From contig OX597815.1 in the NCBI GenBank assembly GCA_951406725.2, positions 21,886,001 to 21,950,000 on the forward strand: DNA of 64,000 nt, written 5' to 3'. This document shows positions 1 to 11,605 of this stretch, in pieces; the stretch's first letter is position 1, and each line of letters starts with the position of its first letter. This DNA is from Octopus vulgaris. Its lineage: Eukaryota. The translations under genes and the position numbers were made by a program. Under the pieces are notes generated by a model. That model was not told the origin of the DNA. It was given only the letters and a program-made list of their open reading frames with translations, and ran no database searches.

Positions 1-64
1 TTTGGCAATAATGTTTCGCTTATTTAGGTATCTATCTATTGTTTGTCCATACATGTTATATATG

Positions 65-96
<32 letters not shown>

Positions 97-277
97 TATG
101 GCATGAATATACATATTGTATACTATATGAGTGCTGGCAGAATTTTGCAAAGTCAAAACTGATAAAAACAGTGAGATATTGTGACGTATTTTCTCTGTAA
201 CTCATTCAAGCAAAGACGGTATACAATGCTTTATAAGAATTGCTTGGTATTATCATGAATGTTGTTACAAATCCAAG

Positions 278-637
278 CAAGTGCACTCAGAGAGCGCAAA
301 CTTCCGCAACACCAACGTCCTCTCAACGATTAGCCAGAGAGGATTTAAAATGAGAATATCTGAAAGGAAGTCGACTGTTCTCACAAACGAGAATACTAAA
401 AATGAACCCGACCACTCTCAAAAATTAGGTAAAAATACAGTAAAAATAATCCAGAATCCTTGTTCGGTACCGGATCTATCCCCAAATCTAATCAGTTCGT
501 GCCAGTCACAAGGTCAAACATCTCTAAAAGTTTCATCCGAATTCATCCAGCGGTTCTTGAGATATCTTGTCCATGGACAAACAAAGAAACAGATGCGACT
601 GAAAACAACACCTCCACCTTCGCTAAGGCGGAGGTAA
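278..637 (+). mobile_element. Non-autonomous Helentron/HINE (DINE-1-like) candidate
   Basis: Terminal hairpin ACCTCCACCTT-CGCT-AAGGCGGAGGT (610-635, 11-bp stem, 1 mismatch). Similar motif AACTTCCGC at 299-307. Internal AAGTTTCATC..AAT core (528) followed by a short ACAA-type repeat. No TSD or ORF. Confidence 0.5.
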
Positions 638-752
638 TTATGGTTTTTAAAATGTTTCGGGGAAAAGCGGGACAAAGTAGTATTTGATTTACAGTTGGGA
701 AGTAATGGAGAAAGAGTAATATTCATTTGAATCTAATATGCTGAAATATTAA

Positions 753-1127
753 TCTCTCTCTATATAAACGGCAGTTTGTCTGTGTGCGTGTCTGTGTGTC
801 TGTTGGGTTGTACCCTCACCCTGACCACGGCTTTCAACCGATTCTGATGAAACTTGACACACACATAGCCCAATGTCATAATTCAAAACTAACGCAGCGA
901 AAATTTTGAAAAGTTCCCCCAGTTCTGAAAAAAAATCGATAAATTCGACATGGGGTCGAGAATCAGAAACACAAACCGCAAACTGTCATGGGGACGCAAC
1001 TCGACCTTTTTAACTCTAAAAAAAATTTACCTTAATCTTTTTGCTATTTTTTTGGCTATAACTCTCTAAAAATGCTTATATAGTTATTTCCCTTACAAAC
1101 CCGAGCAACGCCGGGCGATACTGCTAG
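753..1127 (+). mobile_element. Non-autonomous Helitron
   Basis: Starts A|TC at 753 and ends CTAG|T at 1127. Subterminal hairpin CCCGAGCAACGCCGGG (1100-1115). No TSD. Closely similar copy at 60128-60500. Confidence 0.88.
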
Positions 1128-1194
1128 TTCAAGATAAAAATCAGTTACAACCCTTGTCTAAGAAAAAGTTCTATTACTAGTCTGATATACTCTC

Positions 1195-1470
1195 TTACTC
1201 TTTACTCTTTTACTCTTTTACTCTTTTACTTGTTTCAGTCATTTGACTGCGGTCATGCTGGAGCACCGCCTTTAGTCGAGCAAATCGACCCCGGGACTTA
1301 TTCTTTGTAAGCCCAGTACTTATTCTATCGGTCTCTTTTGCCGAACCGCTAAGTGACGGGGACGTAAACACACCAGCATCGGTTGTCAAGCAATGCTAGG
1401 GGGACAAACACAGACACACAAACATATACATACATACATACATACATACATACATACATACATACATACA

Positions 1471-1502
<32 letters not shown>

Positions 1503-1680
1503 CATATACATATACATATATACGACAGGCTTCTTTCAGTTTCCGTCTACCAAATCCACTCACAAGGCATTGGTCGGCCCGAGGCTATAGCAGAAGACAC
1601 TTGCCCAAGATGCCACGCAGTGGGACTGAACTCGGAACCGTGTGGTTGGTTAGCAAGCTACTTACCACACAGCCACTCCT
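1195..1680 (-). mobile_element. tRNA-derived CORE-type SINE (family B) with internal (TGTA)n
   Basis: Minus strand: box A TGGCTGTGTGG, box B GAGTTCAGTCCC, CORE-like GCATCTTGGGCAAGTG, internal microsatellite and (AAAAGAGT)n tail. Related copies at 47781 and 6400. Confidence 0.85.
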
Positions 1681-2030
1681 GGTTACCAGTCTCATTCTTC
1701 CTTCTTGTAATGAAATTTAATAGACTACTCGGGATCGTAAAGTTAATATTGAAATAAAACTGATATTTTCAATGAATAAGGTAATAGATGACAATCGGAC
1801 TCCAGATGATATTCATTGTTATCGAAAGTAATAAAATATGATTGCATTGACAAAGTATTGAGCCCTAAATTGAACAAGCCTGGAAAAGGGTATAATATGA
1901 AAGTGAGAAGTGTGAGGCAAGGCTGGTGAGAAAATTAGTGTGTGATAAGGTACGGAGAACAGATAAAGTACTGAATATTTCAGGCGCGACAATATAGAGC
2001 AATATGAGTGGTACATTGTCTGGAATGGAA

Positions 2031-2613
2031 GGCGAGCTGGCAGAAACGTTAGCACGCCGGGCGAAATGCTTAGCGGTATTTCGTCTGCCGCTACGTTCTG
2101 AGTTCGAATTCCGCCGAGGTCGACTTTGCCTTTCATCCTTTCGGGGTCGATAAATTAAGTACCAGTTACGCACTGGGGCCGATGTAATCGACTTAACCCG
2201 TTTGTCTGTCCTTGTTTGTCCCCTCTGTGTGTAGCCCTTTGTGGATAGTAAAGAAATAGGTATTTCGTCTGAGTTCAAATTCCGCCGAGGTCGACTTTGC
2301 CTTTCATCCTTTCGGGGTCGATTAAATAAGTACCAGTTACGCACTGGGGTCAATATAATCGCCTTAACCCGTTTGTCTGTCCTTGTTTGTCCTCTCTCTG
2401 TTTAGCCCCTTGTGGGTAGTAAAGAAATAGGTATTTCGTCTGCCGCTACGTTCTGAGTTCAAATTCCGCCGAGGTCGACTTTGCCTTTCATCCTTTCGGG
2501 GTCGATAAATTAAGTACCAGTTACGCACTGGGGCCGATGTAATCGACTTAATCCCTTTGTCTGTCCTTGTTTGTCCCCTCTATGTTTAGCCCCTTGTGGG
2601 CAATAAAGAAATA
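2031..2613 (+). mobile_element. tRNA-derived SINE family A, head + 3 tandem units
   Basis: GGCGAGCTGGCAGAAACG head, box B GAGTTCRAATTCC, body GCCTTTCATCCTTTCGGGGTCGATAAA, tail AAAGAAATA. Units restart at GGTATTTCGTCT (2259, 2430). 16-bp TSD ACATTGTCTGGAATGG at 2013-2028 and 2614-2629. Confidence 0.92.
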
Positions 2614-3261
2614 ACATTGTCTGGAATGGCTATGTCCATAATTGAATCATAGCTTTATTCAGTTGGTCATCTTTGTACCCTAAATTTTATATTCATGTCT
2701 ATACATATGTATAGGTAAGGCTTTATCTAGGGAACTGTGTTTCTAGATCAGCATCTTTAATTTTGTTGTGTGCCATTGGTCACAAATTCTGATTCTGTTC
2801 AACAAAGTCCACATAAAACTCTTTACAGAGAATATCTACTTGAAGAAAAAACACAAAGACAAATAAAATATAGAAAAAGCCCACAAAAGAGGGTCGAATA
2901 GGAAGTATAACAAGAATGCATAACAAGAAAGCATAGAGAGGGAAAAAGATATGAAATATAAAAAAAGGGGAAAAAAACAAGCAAAAACAATAACAATAAG
3001 AAATATAAAAGAAAGAAACCCAAGAAAAATCTAAGTAAGTATGATAACAATAAATCATAATCCTTAAAAATCAAATTATGACGAAATATAAATAAATGAC
3101 AGGAATTTGGAAAGAACGTTAAAATGGAAAGAACTATACACATAAACAAATGGATCAAAGAGAGGCTCAAAACAAAATAATAATAATAAGCATGGTTGCA
3201 GTGACACGAGAGGGAAGTTTGAAGTATATATATATATATATATACATGTATAAATGCGTAA

Positions 3262-3292
<31 letters not shown>

Positions 3293-4604
3293 TGTATGTA
3301 TGTATGTATGTATGTATGTATGTGTGTGTATATATATGTGTGCATATGTATGTATGCATGTGTATATAAATATTTGCAAGCAACTGCTAGTCGATACTTA
3401 ATCGATGAAGTTGGCAACGGTTCAAATGAGCTGTCTAGCCAATGGAAGAGGAGCAAACGTTAATGGAATTAAAGTGATGTATTTTCAAGAGTTGGCAATG
3501 AAGAATGAGTCGGTGCCAATCCAAATCGGAATTTGGAATCATGTAAAGATGAGATAGTATGAAAGACAGGGAGAGGTTAGGTGGTGGTGGTGGTGGGGGG
3601 GAAGAGTATTGATCATGACTAAGATATCTATACAAGGGTCTCCGTTGAGTTAATAGATATTTGTGTTAGGGAGTTATTTGTTAGATGCGGTAGATGACTG
3701 ATAAATTTTGTAAATTCTCTTGCCCACAACTACTCATCCAATTGGCTCCGTATGAAATATTACTGCAGACAAAGCTAGCACAGTCACTATATGCTTAGAT
3801 TCCAACTCCACTCTGTATAAATGTAACAAAAGCTTGTTTAGAGTTTCTGTTTTTACTCCACACTTCTCGCTCCAAGTCACGGTGGACCGACTCTTCTCAG
3901 GTCATTTAAGCCCAGCTAAGCGTATTGTTCAGAATATTTTCCTGCAGCCACATCCAGACAACAAGCTCTTGAACTAGTTTTAGCCCCTCTCTTCCGAAAG
4001 CGTTCTCAGGTAACATTCAACAGAATATCACAGAAAATGTACTCACTGCAACACAACTGGGTCTCTTAACAGAATTAGAAAATGATCGATGTTTGGCTGC
4101 TTTTCACAGGATTACTACTCTCCTTTTGGAATGTAAATCGTAAATAACTCTCTTCGACCCCTATTTAATTGCTCTATGGTTTCTCTCTCTCTCTTTGTCT
4201 CTCCTTTAATGTTCGACATGGTCGACACACCGCTTAGCTTGTTTGGGACACACACCTCTACGACATTCATCTTTCGTTATCTCTGCTGTCTTTCAACCAT
4301 TAGAAACTGCAATACTATTTTCGCCAAACCTTCATGGCCAGGATATTATTTTTCTAGGATCTTTCCCTTACCTATGCTTTGACTTAACTAATGGTATTAA
4401 AACATTTAAACTAAACATTGTAGGAGACGAAAATAGTGAACGTGAAAGAGAGAGAGAAAGCGCAGAAATGAAAGAAGAGAACAAATAAAGAGAGAATAAA
4501 CATTGGTTTCAAATTTTGGCACAAAGCCAGCAATTTTTGGGGAACGGGTAAAACGATGATATCGGTCGCAGTGCTCAACAATTACTTATTTTATCAAGGA
4601 TATA

Positions 4605-5433
4605 CAGGGGTTGGACAAAATAATGGAAACACCTTAATTTCAAGCAAAATTATTTTAATATGGGGTAGGACTGCCTTTGGCAGTAATTACAGCTTTTTTA
4701 TGAGGTATGGACTCTTACAAAGTTTCAATTGTTTCCAAAGGAATTTTTGTCCATTCTTCAGCTAAAACAGTGTCCAGTTCTTGTAGTGATGATGGTGGAA
4801 GATATCGATTCATTACTTGTTTTTCTAAAATGCACCATAAATGTTCAATAATATTGAGATCTGGGGACTGTGGTGGCCAGAAAGATGTTCAACTCCACTA
4901 GAATGTTCCTCGTGCCATTAGGTAACAACTTCAGCTGTGGGAATTCGTACATTATCATCCTGAAAGAATTCGTTTCCCTCCGGAAACAGTTCCGCAACTA
5001 TAGGATGAATTTGATCCAGTAAAATGCTTAAACAGATCATCACAAATCCTCCTTTATTTTGAACAGTTGGAAGAAGGCAGTCTGAGTCAAATGCTTCTTT
5101 TGGCTGTCTCAACACGTATACTCGGACGGTGGCCGGAAATAAGGTAAAGGATGACTGGACCGAGAAAATAACATTCTTCCACTGCACTAGGGACCAATTC
5201 TGTAGGTTATTACTCCACTCTAAACGCTTGAAAGTAGTGGTTTTCTGATTGCAACCCTCCCATGAAATCCGGCTTTGTGAAGCTCCCTGCGAACAGTTTT
5301 TGTGCAAACTTGGTTCTCGAGGGGGTCATTAAGCTCTGCAGTAATTTTGGGAGCTGCTCTTTTGTGATCCTTTCTAACAATTCGCGTAAGAGTCCGACGG
5401 TCCCTATCTGAAAGTTTTGGTTTTCTTCCAGAT
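4605..5433 (-). mobile_element. Tc1-family DNA transposon remnant (one TIR, decayed transposase)
   Basis: TA|CAGGGGTTGGACAAAATAATGGAAACACC TIR at 4605. Minus-strand motifs WKNVIFS, FFQDDN and WPPQSPDLNIIEHLW, with frameshifts. Confidence 0.88.
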
Positions 5434-6399
5434 CGTATATATGTGTGTTAGTCCTCCAACACCGCCTGACAACCGATATTGGTGTGTTTACAGCCGGATG
5501 TCCTCCCTGACGCTAACATTTACCCGTTTTACACACACACACACAGATTTACATATATATGTATCTAAATATCTATCTCTCTAATATATGAATATATATA
5601 TATACACATACATACGTGTGTGTGGACGTGTGTGTGAGATTGTGTGCGTGTGCGTGTGTGTATATGTATGTGTGTGCATGTGCATGTGTGTGTGAGCATG
5701 TGCTTGCATGTATGTATGTATATGTGTGTGTAAGCATGAATGTGTGTGTGCACTAGTGTTGCGTGTGTCTTGTGTGTATAAATATAAGAGTGTGTAAGTG
5801 CATAAAAATACACACATAGACCTTACATGCGCGCACAAGCTCTCGCATACATGGACTATTATAAACTGACAAATACATAGAAACATATGGGCGCTCTTTA
5901 AACGTTCGCTTTTTGTTGTTGCTGCCATGAAATGTAGTGAGCCAGCGCTTGTTAGAAACCTGCAACCAACAGAGCTATTGTTAACAAAGTGTGCCAATAT
6001 GAAATAAAAACGTACATAAATTTATATATATTACGCAAATATATCATCATCATTAATTCTCTGATAACATATTTTTCGAACGATAAAACTATGGCGTTCT
6101 GACATTACTAAACGCAAGCTATACTTGTAATTATCATAATAACCCGCAAAACATTCACAGAATGAGCTACGTTGCTAAATTCTAGTCGATGATCTAACAT
6201 TAAGTCAGATAAGAAATTTTACAAGGGTATTAGTGTAGATAGCTAATGAAACGATATATTTGTTATTTAGTTTTTTGACCAACTTCCCACTGGGAAATAG
6301 TACTAAAATGTTTGTGGGATATTGAATAGAATAGAATTATCGGAAATGGCGAGTGGGATTGATAGAATTTGTTCGCATATTATTTTTTATACTTTACTA

Positions 6400-7170
6400 G
6401 TTCCAGTCACAGGCTATGCTGGACACCACCCCGAAGGGTTTTTTTTTAGTCGAATGGATCGACCCCAGCGTATATTTTTTTTGAAGTCTGGTACTTATCC
6501 TTTCAGTCACTTTTACCTAACCGTTAAATTACAGGGATGGAAAGACAAAAAACGAAACCAATACCTATTTCTTTATTACCCACAAGAGGGGACAAACAAG
6601 GACAGACATAGGTATTAAGTCGATTACATCGACCCCAGTGTGTAACTGGTACTTAATTTATCGACCCCGAAAGGATGAAAGGCAAAGTCGACCTCGGCGG
6701 AATTTGAACTCACAACGTAACGCAGACGAAATACCTATTTCTTTATTACCCACAAGGGGCTAAACACAGAGGGGACAAACAAGGACAGACATAGGTATTA
6801 AGTCGATTACATCGACCCCAGTGCGTAACTGGTACTTAATTTATCGACCCTGAAAGGATGAAAGGCAAAGTCGACCTCGGCGGAATTTGAACTCAGAACG
6901 TAGTGGCAGACGAAATACCGCTAAGCATTTCGCCCGGCGTGCTAACGTTTCTGCCAGCTCGCCGCCTTAAACGAAACCAATACCGGTTATCAAGTGATGG
7001 GGGACAAACACAAATACATGGATACACGCAACGGGCTTCTTTCAGTTTCTGTCTAACAAATACAATACATTCACGAGGCTTTGGTCGTCGAGGAGCTTTA
7101 GCAGGTACCATTCCGTGGGACTGAACCTGGAACAATTTGGTTGGGAAGCAAACTTCTTACTAAACAGCTA
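6400..7170 (-). mobile_element. Old family-B CORE-SINE interrupted by a family-A insertion
   Basis: 6400-6565 and 6969-7170 align with the tail and head of the 1195-1680 element. Confidence 0.65.
6566..6968 (-). mobile_element. SINE family A, head + 2 units
   Basis: Junction GACGAAATACC|TATTTC at about 6735. 16-bp TSD AAACGAAACCAATACC at 6550-6565 and 6969-6984. Confidence 0.9.
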
Positions 7171-7589
7171 TTCTAGTTGTTCAAGTGATGCCTGAGAATT
7201 TAATGGTCAATGCCGTGGCAATGTTATTATTGATAGCAAAAGATTGAGTAGGAAGGATATAGGGGTGAAAATAATGGGAGAGGCTGAGTTGATATGGAGG
7301 AACGCTCATAAAGGATTGGCGCAGCAATGCGATAATGATGATAGCAGTAATGGTGATGGAGAGCAGAAAAGGAGAGGAGTGATGATGGATGTAGAAGGAA
7401 GTTACATATTCAAATAAGCTTGGGATGGTGATACTTCAGCTGGAAATGATGATAGTAATGGTTATGAAAATCAGAAGTCGTTATAGATTTGTTGTTAATG
7501 ATGGTTATTGGGTTGGGGGTGATTACATTTGGGATAATGTAGATGTGATGGGAGCGGTGGTGATATGATGAAGTGGTGGGAGAGCCTTT

Positions 7590-7612
7590 AGTATTAGTAG
7601 TAGTAGTAGTAT

Positions 7613-7698
<86 letters not shown>

Positions 7699-7897
7699 AC
7701 AGAAGCAGCGATTTGGTAGTAGTGGTGCTGATATAGTGGTGATCATGATGATTAAATCCATTTGGTGAATTGTATTTATTTCTGGTGTAGTGCAATAGTA
7801 GCTGTTTATGTGTTGGTATGTGAAAACAATAAAATGAATAACAGCTATTCGACATCATCATCATCAACATCACTATTATTATTATTATTATTATCAG

Positions 7898-7993
<96 letters not shown>

Positions 7994-8001
7994 TATTATT
8001 A

Positions 8002-8068
<67 letters not shown>

Positions 8069-8071
8069 CAG

Positions 8072-8143
<72 letters not shown>

Positions 8144-8172
8144 CATCATCATTATTATCATCATTATTATTA
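7590..8172. repeat. (AGT)n and long (ATT)n trinucleotide microsatellites
   Basis: (AGT)n at 7590-7697. (ATT)n with ATC/GCA interruptions at 7875-8172. Confidence 0.97.
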
Positions 8173-8210
8173 TTTGTACAATAATAATAGAAAAGCAGCA
8201 CAGCGGAGAT

Positions 8211-9120
8211 ACTTGCTCATTCCTAAGGTTGACCTTCCAATTCGTGGCCAAAGCTTGGTCTTGTACTGCCAGTATAGTGATCTCTCAATCTTTTTGCAGT
8301 GTTCCTTTCTTCAGTGAATCCCGCCTATGTTTTCCAGCTACTTCTGTTGTGTCTACATGGAATTGATTGTGTAGTCCCTTGTTGCGTTATGTTTCTTCAT
8401 GTCCTTTTTATTTTCCCTTTTCTTCCCTGCTTTCAAAAATCCTTCATTCCTAACTGACACTAGCAAGGTTTATTACTTTGGAATACGTACCTCATTAAAC
8501 TCCAGAGTTCGATACGTACGCAATCTTCCACACTTATCAGTCCCCCTTCGTTCACTTGCTCTCTTCGTGTATAGGCGATAAGTGTCTGCACGAGGATGAT
8601 GGGCTCCGTGTATCTTTAGAAACTTTCTTGTCTTCTTGTTCAACTCCTTTAACTCCTTCTCTGTCCACTTCAGGATTCTAGCGCCATACTGAACCACTGA
8701 AATTGCGCGCGAGGAGTTTTCTTCCCGAAATTATGTTTCTGGCATTCAGCTTTGAACTCAATATTTTTCTCACTCGTCGCAGGTACTCTTTCCTTGTCTT
8801 TTCATTCATATCGTTGTGTTTAATTTCATCTGCCTCATGTATTGTCAAGTATTTATAACCTGATTCAGATTCAATTACCTTCAACATTTCACCACTTGGT
8901 ATCCATATGCCTTCTGTCCTAACAAACTTTCCTCGTCTCATCACAATCATAGCACATTTTGGGAGTCCAAACTCCATCTTGATATCATTCGAGAAAATCC
9001 ACACAGACTGGGCTAGGCTGTTTAGTTCTGCCTCACGTTTTGCGAACAACTTCAAGTCGTCTATGTTAGCAAGTTGTTCAGTGTTCCCTTACCTTTTCCC
9101 AACTTTGTCTTCTGTAGTAT
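8211..9120 (-). pseudogene. Non-LTR retrotransposon reverse transcriptase fragment, R4/Dong clade
   Basis: LKLFAK, DIKMEFGLPKCA, YKYL, KEYLRRVRKILSSKLNARN, KTRKFLKIHGAHHPRAD..RLY..R..RRG motifs, with frameshifts. Adjacent to the (TAA)n tract. Confidence 0.85.
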
Positions 9121-9995
9121 TTCACTGAAGGGGCTGATTCTCAGCATATAGCAGTACCGTGCCAGAAATGTAAGACAATGAATCAAATACCTTACTTTAT
9201 TTCACTCTCGATTCGAATAACAGAGTTGTCAATTGTCTTTAATCCTTCAAGTATCGATCAAGTATGTACCAATACATATTTTGGCATTATACTGAAATTA
9301 TTTCAGTTCTCTTTCCCTATTCTATATCCTTACCTGTGTTTAGGTAGAACAAGTCCTAAATAATGTTATTGTTATTTCCTAAATACGAGTGATACTCCCT
9401 GAGTGTCTCTGTTCCCCATACTATTCTGTACATATAAAAGAAGTAGAACTACATCTTTTATTGCTGAGATGATAAAATGTTCTTTGAACCACTACATTCC
9501 GTCAGACAAATGTATTCATGTTTGATCAGTAAGGTATTACTACAAATGTTGGACAGTTCGGTTATTGAACATCCCAGGTACTTTTAGGAAATTCACTGAC
9601 AGTTGGCTTGTAATCATCCTTCACTAAACATTACTAAGCAGTCAATAATCTTTTTAATCTCTTCAACGCGTCTTCTATTTAAAGATTCAGCATTTCTGAC
9701 CAATGAGAGATAGCACTGCTACCTGAAATCTGCTCACCCTTACGTTTTCTTTGTTTGTCTCTTAGTCTCCCGATATCATCTTTGTTCCCGTATAGTTATA
9801 TTTTTACTGCTCACTTGTCCTCAGCATTGCAAGCTACCGAAACCCCTCACCAATTACAGTGATGTATGTATGTATGTATGTATGTATGTATGTATGTATG
9901 TATGTATGTATGTATGTATGTATGTATGTATGTATGTATGTATGCATGTATGTATATACATACATACATATGTATATGTATATGTAGGCATGAAT

Positions 9996-10145
9996 GCTGT
10001 AGCTTTGTGGTAAGAAGTTTGCTTCGTAACAACATGGTTCCAGGTTTAGTCTCACTGCGTGGCTCCTTGAGCAAGTGTGTTCTATTATAGCCTCGGACCG
10101 GGCAAAGCCTAGTGAGTGGATTCGCTAGACGGAAACCGTTCATTA
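9996..10145 (+). mobile_element. Degenerate family-B SINE head (tail fragment at 10945-11090)
   Basis: TGTGGTAAGAAGTTTGCTT...CACTGCGTGGCTCCTTGAGCAAGTG matches the family-B head and CORE region. Confidence 0.7.
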
Positions 10146-10156
10146 TACGCACCCCA

Positions 10157-10265
<109 letters not shown>

Positions 10266-10664
10266 CATGCACACACACACACACACACACACATTCCAAC
10301 ACAAACTCCACTTTAAAGGAGAGATAAATATTACCTATTAATATTGTTCTGTAGCTGTTAATTATTTTTTAATAAGCCCACTGGCTATTTGCCGCACTGG
10401 TACCTGAATACACACTGAGTTACTATATATATCGCTGACGGGGGAGTCGGCGGTTACGTCTAGCCCTGGACGTCTGTCATTGAGAAGGGCAGGACCAGAA
10501 TCACGTTATCTGACAGCTTCGGCGGCCGAAGCGGACGGTTATATACTCGGGTACTTTTACACATCAGTGGTCTGCATTCTAACGAAACATCCGCTTCAAG
10601 CGGAAGACAAATACTAACTTTTTGGTATCAGTAATGCTTCTTTTGCTATTAATTATTAATGATA

Positions 10665-10763
<99 letters not shown>

Positions 10764-10898
10764 ATGTATGTGTATGTGTGTATACGTGTATACATATGTG
10801 TATGTGTGTGTATATATACATAAATATATATACATATATGCATATATATATAAACATCCAAATAGATATGTGTGTGTATATATATATATATATATACA

Positions 10899-10934
<36 letters not shown>

Positions 10935-11565
10935 TGCATGCATATCTCTGTGTGTGTCTTTGTGATTGAGTTTGTTCTCCATCACGCTTGACTACCGGTG
11001 TCGATGTGTTTACGTCGCCGTAACATTGCAGTTCGGCGAAAAACACCGATAGAATAAGTACCAAATTAAAAAAAAAGGACTGGGGGCGAATTCTGATAAA
11101 ATTACAGATACACAAAAAGTGAAATAGTTTCTTGTGTTCTATTTATGTGAGAAAAATCTTGTATTGCAAGCCAGATGGAACATGTCTATACAAGCAGGCT
11201 TACCTGTGAATTCCTAATTTCTGAACTCCTACTAAGTAGTTACTGACATCTTAAAAAGAATTCAGTCAGATTCTCTTTTTTTAACAAATATGACCAGTAG
11301 TACATACATGAGTAGATAATGATGACCACGTACCTATTTTTACAGTCTAAATATAACTATAAGCATGCAATATGGCACCTGTAGTTCTATGATTGCATGT
11401 TTGCGTTTAGAGATACACAGCAACTTGAAGTAATATGTAATCGATATTTACAATAATTATTGTTAATCGCTGTCAGTAACACGGGGGAAGTTCCTAAACC
11501 CATTCAGCCATGCTCTTATTCCAGGAAAACGGTTAGCACATTACTGACTATACATTTCACTGTAG

Positions 11566-11605
11566 GCAAGTTGGTTGGCTTGGTGTTTAACAGGTCGGTT
11601 TACAG
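11566..11605 (+). other. Candidate 40-nt exon (next acceptor at 11760)
   Basis: Branch-like TACTGAC, TGTAG| acceptor, CAG|GTAAGC donor and a downstream T-rich acceptor TTTATAG|. The spliced frame is open. Confidence 0.2.

Noticed and set aside
2031-2613. CRISPR-like or retrozyme interpretation of the tandem units
   Set aside because: There are no unique spacers, the context is eukaryotic, and no CUGANGA/GAAA hammerhead core was found on either strand of the unit.
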